Source of the DNA: an uncultured delta proteobacterium
Lineage (GTDB): Bacteria; Myxococcota_A; Polyangia; Fen-1088
Assembly: GCA_963767925.1 (NCBI GenBank)
Contig: CAVYGB010000008.1
Coordinates: 736,001-800,000, forward strand
Direction of reading: 5' to 3'
DNA: 64,000 nucleotides
The notes beneath the pieces were generated by a model. That model did no database searches and was not told the origin of the DNA. It worked only from the letters and a program-made list of their open reading frames with translations. Position 1 is the first letter of the stretch, and each line of letters opens with the position of its first letter. Shown here piece by piece: positions 17,919 to 32,921 of the stretch. A program made the translations under genes and the position numbers.

Positions 17919-19556
17919 CTACTTCTCTTCGCTCCAGGGTCCGCGCATACCGAGCTTGGTCAAGATCAGGCCGAACTCCTTCTTGTGAGGCGCCCGGGCG
18001 TAGGCCTCCTCGGGTTCGACCAGCTGGTTCTTGACGAGCTCGACGAGGGTATCGTTCAGCGTTTGCATGCCGAGCGACTTTCCGGTCTGCATGAGCGAAG
18101 GGATCTGGAAGGTCTTCCCCTCGCGGATCAGGTTGGCCACCGCCGGCGTCACCACGAGGATCTCGAGCGCCGCCACCCGCCCGCCGCCCTTCTTGCGCAG
18201 CAGGGTCTGGGCGACCACGCCCTTGAGGGACTCGGAGAGCATCACCCGCACCTGGGGCTGGCGGTCGGTGGGAAACTGATCGATGAGCCGATCGACCGTG
18301 GAGGGCGCGGTGTTGGTGTGGAGCGTTCCGAACACGAGGTGGCCCGTCTCGGCCGTCTCGATGGCGATGGCCACCGTCTCGAGGTCGCGCATCTCGCCCA
18401 CCAGCACGATGTCGGGGTCCTCGCGCAGGGCGGCCCGCAAGGCGGCCTTGAAGCCCTTCGTGTGGGTCCCCACCTCGCGCTGGTTGATGAGGCACTTCTT
18501 GTCCTTGTGGACGAACTCGACCGGGTCCTCGATGGTGATGATGTGATCGTCCCGGTTGGCGTTGATCCAGTCCACCATCGCGGCGAGGGTCGTCGACTTG
18601 CCGCTGCCGGTCGGCCCCGTCACCACCACCAGCCCCTTGTCGAACTGGCAGAAGTCGATGCAGGCCTTCGGCAGACCCAGCGTCTCGACGCTGAGGATCT
18701 TCGAGGGGATCTGGCGGAAGACGGCGCCCACGCCGGCGATGTCCCGGAAGACGTTGCAGCGCATGCGGGCCCGGCCGGGCAGGGCGTAGGCGAAGTCGGT
18801 GTCGCTGGTCTCGCGGAACTCGATCTGGTTACGCTCGGGCATCATCGGCTCGAACATCCTCTCGAGCTCGGTCGAGCTGAGCGGGCCCCGTCCGGGCACG
18901 GTGGCGATCGACCCGTCGACCCGCACCATGGGGACGTTGCCCGACTTGAGGTGCAGGTCGGAGGCCTTCATGTCGAGCATCTGATGGAAGAGCTGGTCCA
19001 TCGTCACTGGCTCGAGGTTGATCGAGGAGGTCGGAGGGGACCGCCCGAAGAGCGCGGCAGAGGAGGGGCCCGAGACCAGCACGGGGGCCGGTGTGTGCAG
19101 CGAGGGCAGGCTGGCCTGGGGGGCGCTGGTCGCCGGTGGCTCTGGCCCGAGGGCGGCCGAGACCGAGGAGATGGACACGCCCTGCCGCCCGTCCGCGTGC
19201 CCCGGACCCGGCGAGGGTCCCGGCCCGGCGTTGGTGTGGCCGCTGGGCATGGGCGCCGGCGTCCCCGACAGCAGGATCCGAACCTGCAGCCCCATCTGGC
19301 TGTCGTCGACCTGCAGGATGGCCGCGCCCAGCGGGGACTGATACGGATAGCTCCGCTTGCCCGAGACCCCCGGCGCGTAGGCCGGACCGAGTGCCTCGCT
19401 CAGCAAGGCAGAGATCTGCTCCTCGGAGACCGGCTTGCTCGTCGCAGGTCGGGGCACTCCCGACATGATGAGCTCGATGGGAGCGCCGGGTCGAAGCACG
19501 AGCGCTTCCGCTCTGTGCTTGACCAGGCCTTCGAGGTACTTGTCGACGACCGCCAC
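17919..19556 (-). CDS. pilT: Type IV pilus retraction ATPase PilT with an extra N-terminal domain
   Basis: ASDLHL, GPTGSGKSTT, TIEDPVE, LREDPDIVLVGEMRD, GHLVFGTLHT, AVANLIRE. Start placed at GTG 19556. Confidence 0.9.
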   Translation of the reverse strand: MAVVDKYLEGLVKHRAEALVLRPGAPIELIMSGVPRPATSKPVSEEQISALLSEALGPAYAPGVSGKRSYPYQSPLGAAILQVDDSQMGLQVRILLSGTPAPMPSGHTNAGPGPSPGPGHADGRQGVSISSVSAALGPEPPATSAPQASLPSLHTPAPVLVSGPSSAALFGRSPPTSSINLEPVTMDQLFHQMLDMKASDLHLKSGNVPMVRVDGSIATVPGRGPLSSTELERMFEPMMPERNQIEFRETSDTDFAYALPGRARMRCNVFRDIAGVGAVFRQIPSKILSVETLGLPKACIDFCQFDKGLVVVTGPTGSGKSTTLAAMVDWINANRDDHIITIEDPVEFVHKDKKCLINQREVGTHTKGFKAALRAALREDPDIVLVGEMRDLETVAIAIETAETGHLVFGTLHTNTAPSTVDRLIDQFPTDRQPQVRVMLSESLKGVVAQTLLRKKGGGRVAALEILVVTPAVANLIREGKTFQIPSLMQTGKSLGMQTLNDTLVELVKNQLVEPEEAYARAPHKKEFGLILTKLGMRGPWSEEK

Positions 19557-19651
19557 GGCCACGACAACACTCGTCTTTTGAAGCCCTGAACTTGAGCGCC
19601 TGCATTGACACTGTCGTTGCTTTCCCCTAGGGTTCCCGCGGCTCGACGACC

Positions 19652-20198
19652 ATGGCACTCGAGTTTTCTGCCCAAGCTAAGCAACAGATCGAGCGAATGC
19701 GCATGCGCTACCCCACGAGGCAGGCGGCGCTCCTTGCCGGTGCTTCACATCGCACAGGACGAGTTTGGTCATCTCTCCGACGAGGCGATCGAGCTCGTCT
19801 CCAGCACGTTGGCGCTCCCCCCGGCTCACGTCTTCGGGGTCGTCACGTTTTACACGATGTTCCACCGCGAGCCGCGGGGGAGCAACGAGCTCATGGTCTG
19901 CACCAACGTTTCCTGCATGTTGCGAGGGGCCTACGACATCCTCGCGCACCTGCAGAAGCGGCTGGGTGTCGGACCCGGGGAGACGACCGCCGACGGCGCC
20001 TTCACCCTCATCGAAGAGGAGTGTCTGGCGGCCTGCGCGAACGCCCCGATGATGATCTGCGGACCGGAGTACTACCTCGATCTCACCCCGGAGAAGGTCG
20101 ACCGCATCCTCGACGACCTCAAGAAGCGGCACTCGGAGCGCAAGAAGGCGACCCCCGCTGATCGCGCGCCCCAGGCGACGCAAGCAGCCAAGCCGTAG
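19652..20198 (+). CDS. nuoE: NADH-quinone oxidoreductase subunit E (frameshift near 19735)
   Basis: YPTRQAALLPVLHIAQ, VVTFYTMF, [2Fe-2S] ligands CTNVSC...CLAAC. Confidence 0.92.
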
Positions 20199-20208
20199 GA
20201 CGACTCAG

Positions 20209-21547
20209 ATGGGCTCGCAGGACGCCACAAACACCAAGATCGTCACCAAGAACTTCGGTGTGCCGAATTCGCACCGTCTGGCCACCTATCTGCAAAGAGG
20301 GGGCTGGGACGGGTTCCGCCGGGCACTCACCTTCACCCCGACCAGCCTCACCGACGAGGTGAAGAAGTCCAACCTGCGCGGCCGCGGCGGCGCCGGCTTC
20401 TCCACCGGGATGAAGTGGTCCTTCGTGCCCAAGGAGGCCAAGCGGGTCTACCTGGTGTGCAACGCCGACGAGTCGGAGCCCGGCACCTGCAAGGATCGGG
20501 AGCTGATGGCGCTCGATCCCCACCTGCTCATCGAGGGCATGGCCATCGCGTCGTACGCCCTGGGCTGCAAACACGCCTACATCTATATCCGGGGTGAGAT
20601 GATCCGCGAGGCGCAGCATCCTCCAGGCCGCCATCGACGAAGCCTACGAGGCGGGCTGGCTGGCCAAGGATCACCTGGCGGCCAATGGAGTCTTCCGTCT
20701 CGACCTGACCCTGCACCGGGGCGCGGGCGCCTACATCTGCGGTGAGGAGACCGGCCTGCTCAACTCGCTCGAGGGCAAGCGCGGCTGGCCCCGCCTCAAG
20801 CCTCCCTTCCCCGCGGTGCGCGGCCTCTTCCAGGAGGCCACCATCGTCAACAATGTCGAGACGTTGATGAACATCCCCGACATCATCCTCAAGGGGGGCG
20901 AATGGTTCGCCCGCCTGGGGGTGGGCAAGTCGGGCGGAACCCGGATCGTCTGCGTCTCGGGCCACGTCAAGCGGCCCGGCGTCTTCGAGCTGCCGATGGG
21001 CATGCCCTTCCGGGAGCTGATCTACGACGTCTGCGGCGGCATGAGCGGGTCGGCTCCCCTCAAGGGGCTGATTCCGGGCGGCAGCTCGATGCCCCCTCTG
21101 GACGCCAGCGAGATCGACGTCCCCATCGAGTTCGACGCCCTCATGACCGACCCCCGGATCAAGGACGTCGAGGTCCGCCCGGGCGTCCCCTTCGATCTGG
21201 GCGGCGGGCGGCGCCTCAAGACCATGGCCGGCTCGGGCGGCATCGTGGTGTTCGACGAGGCGACCGACGTGGTGGCGCTCTGCGCCCGCATCATGAAGTT
21301 CTACGCGCACGAGTCTTGCGGCCAGTGCACGCCCTGCCGGGAAGGCACCGGCTGGCTGGCCCGGGTCTGCCAGCGGCTCGTCGAAGGGGACGGACGTCCC
21401 GGTGACGTCGACCTGCTGGCCAACATCGCCGTTGGCATCGCCGGCAACACCATCTGCGCGCTCGGCGAGGCTGCGGCCTGGCCGATGCTCGGGTTCCTCA
21501 CCAAGTTTCGCTCCGACTTCGAAGCCCGCCTGAGGAAGGCGGCCTGA
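20209..21547 (+). CDS. nuoF: NADH-quinone oxidoreductase subunit F (frameshift near 20615)
   Basis: LRGRGGAGF, NADESEPGT, GAGAYICGEETGL, ESCGQCTPCREG, TICALG. Confidence 0.94.
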
Positions 21548-21569
21548 ACCACTAATCCGAGGAGGAGCC

Positions 21570-22244
21570 GTGCAGCTGCTAGGGCTCGAGAAAGCCAGCC
21601 TCGCCGAGCTCATCGTGTTCGCGATCTTCGGTGGGGCCACTCTCGTTGGAGCGCTCTTCACCGTTACCCGCCGCAACCCGGTGACCGCAGTGATGTCGCT
21701 GGTCGGCACGTTCTTCGCGCTCGCCGGGATCTACGCGACCCTGTCCGCCCACTTCCTGGCGGTCTTGCAGGTGATGGTCTACGCCGGCGCCATCATGGTG
21801 CTCTTCATCTTCGTCGTGATGATCCTCAACCGCGAGGAGGTCGAGCTGATCTCCTGGCGGGGCATCGTCACCCGGGCCCTGGGCGTGGTGGCCATGGGGG
21901 GTGGGGTGCTGATGGCCGTGCGCCTGGTCTATCTGACCCGGGACACGCCGGTCCTCGCCGGGCCCACCGCCCCGCTGCCGGAAGGGTACGCCACCGTGGC
22001 CGCGACCGGCCTGGCCCTGTTCAGCGACTTCGTCTACCCCTTCGAGGCCATCTCCCTGCTGCTGCTGGTGGCCGTCGTCGGGGGGGTCATCGTCTCCCGC
22101 TCTCACCAGCAGGAGGAGCGGGCCGAAGACGCCGCCGAGCACATCAAGACGGTGCGCGCGGCCAGCTACCCAGAGCGGCGGCTCGAGCCCCTCCCGCCCG
22201 GCACCTCTCCCGAGGACGGGCACGCCCCCGAGGCCCATCACTGA
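21570..22244 (+). CDS. nuoJ: NADH-quinone oxidoreductase subunit J
   Basis: [37 protein letters not shown]. Confidence 0.92.
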   Translation: MQLLGLEKASLAELIVFAIFGGATLVGALFTVTRRNPVTAVMSLVGTFFALAGIYATLSAHFLAVLQVMVYAGAIMVLFIFVVMILNREEVELISWRGIVTRALGVVAMGGGVLMAVRLVYLTRDTPVLAGPTAPLPEGYATVAATGLALFSDFVYPFEAISLLLLVAVVGGVIVSRSHQQEERAEDAAEHIKTVRAASYPERRLEPLPPGTSPEDGHAPEAHH

Positions 22245-22251
22245 GGCCCCC

Positions 22252-22551
22252 ATGCCCACCCATATCTACATCGCCCTGTCGCTGATCCTCTTCCTGATCG
22301 GGGCCGCCGGTGTCCTGCTCCGGCGCAACGCCATCATCGTCCTCATGGCGATCGAGCTCATGCTCAACGCGGGCAACCTGGCCTTCCTGGCCTTCGCCCG
22401 CTCGCTGGGAGACCTCAAGGGGCAGGTCTTCGCCTTCTTCGTCATCGCCCTGGCGGCCGCCGAGGCGGCGGTTGGCCTGGCCATCCTGGTCGGGCTCTAC
22501 CGGACGCGGCAGACCGTGAACCTGGACGAAGCGTCCCTCATGAGGCGCTGA
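22252..22551 (+). CDS. nuoK: NADH-quinone oxidoreductase subunit K
   Basis: [38 protein letters not shown]. Confidence 0.95.
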   Translation: MPTHIYIALSLILFLIGAAGVLLRRNAIIVLMAIELMLNAGNLAFLAFARSLGDLKGQVFAFFVIALAAAEAAVGLAILVGLYRTRQTVNLDEASLMRR

Positions 22552-22575
22552 CCGCGCAGCCAACGGACCATCGCC

Positions 22576-24789
<2,214 letters not shown>

Positions 24790-24791
24790 CC

Positions 24792-26458
<1,667 letters not shown>

Positions 26459-26462
<4 letters not shown>

Positions 26463-27953
26463 GCTTCGACCTGAACCAGATCGTCCCCCTGCTCCCGATG
26501 CTGATCCTGATCGGGATGGGGTGCCTCGTGCTGCTGGCCGAGACCTTCAGCACCAGCGACTCCCGGCAGGGGTTGATGTGGCTGTCCGCCGCCGGCTGCC
26601 TGGCCTCGGGCCTCGTGCTGGCCGGCCAGTGGGAAGCGGCGTCCTCGCCCGCCACCGTCCTGCAGGGCATGTGGATCACCGACCGGATGGCCCTCTTCGG
26701 TGACATCGCCTTCCTGATGACGGCGTTCCTCACCGTGCTGCTGGCCGGCCCCTTCATGCGGGAGCACGGCTTCGAGTTCGGCGAGTTCTACGCCCTGGTC
26801 CTGTTCGGGGTCGCGGGCATGATGATGGTGGCCCACGCCGACCACCTGCTGGCGCTGCTGATCGGGATCGAGACCCTCTCGGTGGCGGCCTACGTCCTGA
26901 CCGGGAGCTGGCGGCGCAGCCCGCGCAGCTCGGAGGGGGCCCTCAAGTACTTCCTCATGGGCGCCTTCGCCACCGGCTTTCTCGTCTACGGCATGGCCCT
27001 GGTCTACGGCCTCACCGGGGGAGAGCTCAGCTACGCCGGCATCGCCGCGAAGGCGCAAGGAGGGCGCCGGCAACCCCCTCTTCCTGGTCGGGTTCTACTT
27101 CATCCTGGCCACCCTCATCTTCAAGGTCGCCGCGGTCCCCTTTCACTTCTGGGCGCCCGATGCTTACGAGGGGGCGCCCACGCCGGCCAGCGGCTTCATG
27201 GCCGCCGGGGTGAAGGCGGCCGCCTTCGTCGGTATCGTGCGGTTCCTGGGCAACGTCTTCGGCGGCACCGGCTTGCCGCCGGCCGAGACGAGCTGGATCG
27301 GCGTGCTGTCGGTTGTCGCGGTCGTGACCATGACCTTCGGCAACCTGGCCGCCCTCCGGCAGGACAACATCAAACGGATGCTGGCCTACTCCTCGGTGGC
27401 CCACGCCGGGTATGTCCTGGTGGGCGTGGCCGCCGTGGGGCTGGGCGTCCCCGATGCCCAGCCCTCGGTCCTGTTTTACCTGCTCGCCTACACCTTCACG
27501 ACCCTCGGCGCGTTCGGGGTCGTGGCCTGGGTGGGCCGCCGCGCGAACGAGCGGCTGCTCGTCGACGACTGGGCCGGCCTGGCCACGGCTCGACCGGCGC
27601 TGGCCCTGGCGATGACGTTTTTCATGCTGTCGCTGGGAGGCGTCCCCCCGACGGGCGGCTTCTTCGGGAAGTTCTACCTCTTCCGCTCGGCGATGGCCGA
27701 GCCGGCCCTGTACCCGCTGGTCATCGCCGGCGTGCTCAACAGCGCCGTCAGCATGTACTACTACCTGCGGGTGGTGGTCGCGATGTACTTCAAGGATCCG
27801 GTCCAGCCCCACGAGCCCTTCCAGGCGCCCAGCATGCGGCTGGCGCTCGTGCTCACCGTCATCGCCGTGCTGGCGATGGGCGTGATGCCGGGGACGGTGG
27901 TCGAGTGGGCCAGCGGCGGGGCCGCGGCCCCGGTCGCGCTCGGCGCCCGCTGA
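26459..27953 (+). CDS. nuoN: NADH-quinone oxidoreductase subunit N (frameshift near 27060)
   Basis: ATGA overlap with nuoM; SSEGALKYF, FKVAAVPFHFWAPDAYEGAPTP, KRMLAYSSVAHAGY, GGFFGKF. Confidence 0.93.
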
Positions 27954-27975
27954 GCGCGGCGCCGACCGGGCCGCA

Positions 27976-29406
27976 CTAGTTCGGCGGCGGCTCTTCTTCG
28001 ATCTCGACCAGGCGCTGCAGCCGGTTGGACCAGACCAGCCCCCGGCGGGCGCGAGGCGTGCGCGAAGGGTCGGAGGGCTGGGCTGTCACCCTCGGCTTGC
28101 CGGCGGTCGCGTTGGGCTCGGTCCGGGCGCGCGCCCGGGAGCGCTCCCGCGGCGTGTTCTCCGGGGGGTCGAAGCTGGGCTCCACGACGTTCAGCACAGA
28201 GGGGGAGCGGGCCGGTGCCGGCCGCGCCGGGGCCGGAAGCGGTCGAGCTGGCGGGGGCTCGCCCGGCGCCGGGCGCGCGGCCACAGCGGGTGGGCTGGCC
28301 GGTGGCGGGGGCGGCGGGGTAGCCCGGGGCGCGACGGGAGGGGAGGGCGCCAGAGCAGCCGGCGGGGAGGGTGCGGGAGCAGCCGGTGGGGCGGCCGGAG
28401 GCGCGACGACCACCGGCGGCGAGAAATTGCCGATCCGGGCCGGGCGGGCCAGCACCTCGGGCGCGGTCGGTCTGGCCTGCGTGCGAGAGCCTTCGCCGCC
28501 GAAGTCGGGGTCGGCGAGCGCCCCCACCACGACGACCGTGGTGACGGTGGCCAGGGTGGCTACCCCCACCCGCGCCACCACCCGGGCCAGCCGCCCCGAG
28601 CGCGGCTCTTCCGCCTCGGGAGCCGGGGAAGCGTCTCCGGCCGGCTGGAAGGCCGGCTCGGCGTTGTCGGGCAAGTGGGCCCGCACCGACAGGGCCAGGG
28701 CCTCCGACAGCTCGATCGCCGAGGCGAACAGGCGGCCGCTGCCCGAACCGCGCGCCCGCTCGAGGAGCGTGCCCGGCGCGGGGATGGTCTTGCGCCCCAG
28801 GGTGGCGTGGCTCGCCTTGAGCTCCACCGAGGACAGGAGGCGCTCGGCGATCTCGGCCAGCCCGGCCAGATCCGCGGAGATCTCGGCGCGCGCACCCGCC
28901 GCCGCCGTCGCCGTGGGGCCGTTCGCGGAGAACCAGCGGAGGCCGAAGCCACCCAGCTTGACCGCCGCCATGCCCCCCTCGGCGCCGTCGGGCAGAAAGA
29001 CGTTGTCCGCGGCGACGTTTTCGTGGGCGATGCCCCGGCTGTGGGCGTCCTCGAGGGCGCGGGCGATCCCGGCCACCAGGTCGAGGGCCGCGTCGGCCGA
29101 GGCGGCCCCGCCGTTGTGGAAATACTGGGCCAGGGTCCCGCCCGGCAGCTCCCAGATGGCGGCCGTCCGCCCGTCGGGCAACTGCCCGAGCCCCACCACC
29201 GGCAGGATGTTGGGGTTGCCCGCCTCGGACAGAGCGGCGAGCTCCCGCTCGAAGCCATCGAGGAGATCGGGGCGAGCGGGCGGCGGGGTCACCACCTCGA
29301 CGAGGAAGCGCCCCGGCCGGGCCGGATGAACCGCCTCGTGGGTCTCCGAGATCTCGGTCGTCCGAAGACAACGAACAAGCTGATACGAATCCGCTTGGTT
29401 GGACAT
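27976..29406 (-). CDS. Ser/Thr pseudokinase with TM helix and Pro-rich C-terminus
   Basis: NPNILPV, ALEDAHSRGIAHENVAADNVFL and VKLGGFG (HRD and DFG degenerate); activation segment largely missing. Confidence 0.7.
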   Translation of the reverse strand: MSNQADSYQLVRCLRTTEISETHEAVHPARPGRFLVEVVTPPPARPDLLDGFERELAALSEAGNPNILPVVGLGQLPDGRTAAIWELPGGTLAQYFHNGGAASADAALDLVAGIARALEDAHSRGIAHENVAADNVFLPDGAEGGMAAVKLGGFGLRWFSANGPTATAAAGARAEISADLAGLAEIAERLLSSVELKASHATLGRKTIPAPGTLLERARGSGSGRLFASAIELSEALALSVRAHLPDNAEPAFQPAGDASPAPEAEEPRSGRLARVVARVGVATLATVTTVVVVGALADPDFGGEGSRTQARPTAPEVLARPARIGNFSPPVVVAPPAAPPAAPAPSPPAALAPSPPVAPRATPPPPPPASPPAVAARPAPGEPPPARPLPAPARPAPARSPSVLNVVEPSFDPPENTPRERSRARARTEPNATAGKPRVTAQPSDPSRTPRARRGLVWSNRLQRLVEIEEEPPPN

Positions 29407-29572
29407 GGCCGGCTTACAGGCCTGCGGGATCCTGTTTTCTTCCCTCAATCTTCCCTACCACCCAAACAGCCCTCCCGTAAAAGATAATCCCGGGCGACCC
29501 CGGGTGCGGCCCCGCTCACACGCGCACCGACCCGGACAGCCACCGACCGGTGGGGCGGGGGGGGCGGGGGGC

Positions 29573-30003
29573 CTACCGGCTTGGGGCGCTCTCGGGCGCC
29601 GGGCCTTCTCCCCGGGCGCGCTTTTCTCGGATCCCAAGCAGGGCAACAGCCGCACGTTTCCCCCGAGCATCGGCCTGTGCCCCCCATCCCCTGAGCACGC
29701 GCGCGCAGACCTCCCGAACCTCGGGGTTGGCGTCGTATACCGCGAAATGTCGGAGCACCGGGATCGCCTCCTCGTCTCCGATTCGCTCGAGGGTGGCGAA
29801 CAGCCGCAGACGCCCGCGGTCGGGCGCCGTGTGCAAGGCGATCTCGATCTGCGGGATGGCCCTGCTCCCGTGGGCGCTCAGACGGGCCAGGACCGGTTCC
29901 TCGGCGAGGCGCTGGTCCTGGGTCAGCAGCCGGATGTCCGACCCGATGGCCCGGTACGAGTCGTCCTCGCAGGCGGCCGCGAGCAGCCAGAGGACCGTTG
30001 TCG

Positions 30004-30016
<13 letters not shown>
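29573..30016 (-). CDS. Small HEAT-repeat lipoprotein
   Basis: GTG start overlapping the dus stop; lipobox LWLLAAAC; HEAT-like ATLERIGDEEAIPVL...DANPEVREVCARVL. Confidence 0.6.
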
Positions 30017-31110
<1,094 letters not shown>

Positions 31111-31159
31111 GAAGGGGCGAAGATAGCAGAACGCCCGGGAAGACGGGCGGCCGGAAGGC

Positions 31160-32458
31160 TCACCGCATCTTGATGGTGTACGTCTCCTGGCCCGAGACGC
31201 CGCCGAAGGTGGCCCCGATGACAACGCTGCCCGGCGCCCGGGGAACCAGGAGGCCGCCCCCGTCCACGCTGGCGACAGCCGGATCCGAGCTCGACCAGCG
31301 CACCTGGTTGTTCATCAGCTCGCGGGGCGGGCTGCCATCGGTGAAGAAGGCCTGGACCGACAGCCGGTAGGTGAGCCCCACGAAGAAGTCGGAGTTCGCG
31401 CTGGTGAGCCGCAGCTCCTGGATCTGCATCGGCCCCGCGCCGCACTCGAGCGTGGCGCTGGAGGTCGCTCCGAAGTAGCTGGCGCTGACCGTCGCCGCGC
31501 CCGCGGCCAGGCAGCGGAACCGGCCGCCCCCGAGCGAACTGGCGGTGGCGGGCGCCGACGAGGTCCAGGTCGTCTGCATCGACACGTCGATGGCGGCGCC
31601 TTCACCCCGGCGGGCGAAGCCCTGGAAGGTCACGGTCGATCCGACCATCCCCCGCCCGCTGGTGGGAGACACCGCCAGGGTCGGCGACTCGCCGCCCGAC
31701 ACGAGCACCGCTACCTGGGTGCGGGTGCCGGCGAAGTCGGCGCTGATCACGGTCTCGCCGGCGCGGACGCCGGTGACCCGGCCAATCGGCTCGAGCCCGG
31801 TTCCCACCCGGACGATGCGCTGGTCCCCCGACAGCCAGCGCGCGGCCGCGGTCACCTCCGCCTCGGTCCCGTCGCTGTAGCTGGCGCGGGCCTCGAGCGG
31901 CTCGCTCTGGCCCACGGCGAGCTGCACCTGGGTCGGCTGTACCCGCAGCTCTCGCAGCCCGGCCGCCGTGACGGTCACGGCGGCGCTGCCCGCCCCCAGG
32001 CCGGGGTGGCTGGCGTGAACCCGGGTGGTCCCGGGGGTGAGCGCGGTCAGGCGGCCGCTGCGCTCTGCCACCTGGGCGATGGTCGGATCTTCGATCCGCC
32101 AGGTCAGCTCGGAGTCCTGGGTGACGTCGCGCAGCCCACCCAGCTCGACGAGGGCCCGGAGCTGCAGGCTCTGGCCCACGGGCAGGGGGGGGCCGATGCC
32201 CGGGACCACGACGATGGCCACCTCGCCCGGGCGGAAGTCGGGGGCGCTCGCTTCGGCGCCTCCGTCGTTCGGCAGGCCGCTGGGGCCGCCGTCGCGCCCG
32301 GCCGCTCCGCCGGCCTCCGTGGTGCCGCCGGCCGTGCCGCCGGTGCCGCCGCCGCGTCCGGCGAGGACCCCTGCTCCATCGAGCAAGGGGTCGCGACCGC
32401 AGCCTAGCCAGGTGAGGGTGATGAGAGCCGGGACCAGGTTACGACGCAAGGCGTTCAT
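31160..32458 (-). CDS. Lipoprotein with four Big_2 (intimin-like Ig) domains
   Basis: Lipobox TWLGC, Gly-rich linker, repeated W-x-S-S-D/A-P-x-V/I-A...G...G-x-x-x-I/V-x-A units. Confidence 0.8.
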   Translation of the reverse strand: MNALRRNLVPALITLTWLGCGRDPLLDGAGVLAGRGGGTGGTAGGTTEAGGAAGRDGGPSGLPNDGGAEASAPDFRPGEVAIVVVPGIGPPLPVGQSLQLRALVELGGLRDVTQDSELTWRIEDPTIAQVAERSGRLTALTPGTTRVHASHPGLGAGSAAVTVTAAGLRELRVQPTQVQLAVGQSEPLEARASYSDGTEAEVTAAARWLSGDQRIVRVGTGLEPIGRVTGVRAGETVISADFAGTRTQVAVLVSGGESPTLAVSPTSGRGMVGSTVTFQGFARRGEGAAIDVSMQTTWTSSAPATASSLGGGRFRCLAAGAATVSASYFGATSSATLECGAGPMQIQELRLTSANSDFFVGLTYRLSVQAFFTDGSPPRELMNNQVRWSSSDPAVASVDGGGLLVPRAPGSVVIGATFGGVSGQETYTIKMR

Positions 32459-32627
32459 GGGTGTCTCCGTCCGGGGACGGGGGCCGGCCACATGTTAGAC
32501 CCCTCGAACCGGGACGGAAGAGGCTCGCGCCGATATTTTTGCGATCGCGACGGAATTCGCCGCGGCAAGGGCCGCCCGGACGACGCGGATGGGCCCCGGT
32601 CCATCGTCCGCGTTATGATCTGTCGAG

Positions 32628-32921
32628 ATGGCCAGCCCAGGACGCGCAGCTCCGAGCCGGGGAAGGCCGGTCGACCCGACCCGACCGCCGTTCACCTCGT
32701 TCCTCGAGCGGGGGGACCTGCGCGAGAAGCGGCAACGCGGCCGGCGCTGGACGCTGATCGTCTCGGTGGGCGTGCACGTCATCGCCGTGCTGGCCCTCGC
32801 CGCCTACGCCGTCTTCGACGTGGACGAGCTCTACGGCCCGTCGGTCGAGGTCAAGATGTTCGCCCCCGGTCAGGCGCCGATCACCAGCACCACCCGCACC
32901 GGTCCCTCGGGGACCCCGTAG
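32628..32921 (+). CDS. Small single-pass membrane protein resembling a TonB N-terminal anchor
   Basis: Basic stretch, then TM helix WTLIVSVGVHVIAVLALAAYAVF with S-x3-H; GC-rich codon usage; no TonB C-terminal domain. Confidence 0.55.
   Translation: MASPGRAAPSRGRPVDPTRPPFTSFLERGDLREKRQRGRRWTLIVSVGVHVIAVLALAAYAVFDVDELYGPSVEVKMFAPGQAPITSTTRTGPSGTP

Noticed and set aside
29548..29580. G-rich tract as a G-quadruplex or terminator
   Set aside because: Homopolymer lengths are unreliable in this assembly and there is no U-tract; not supportable.
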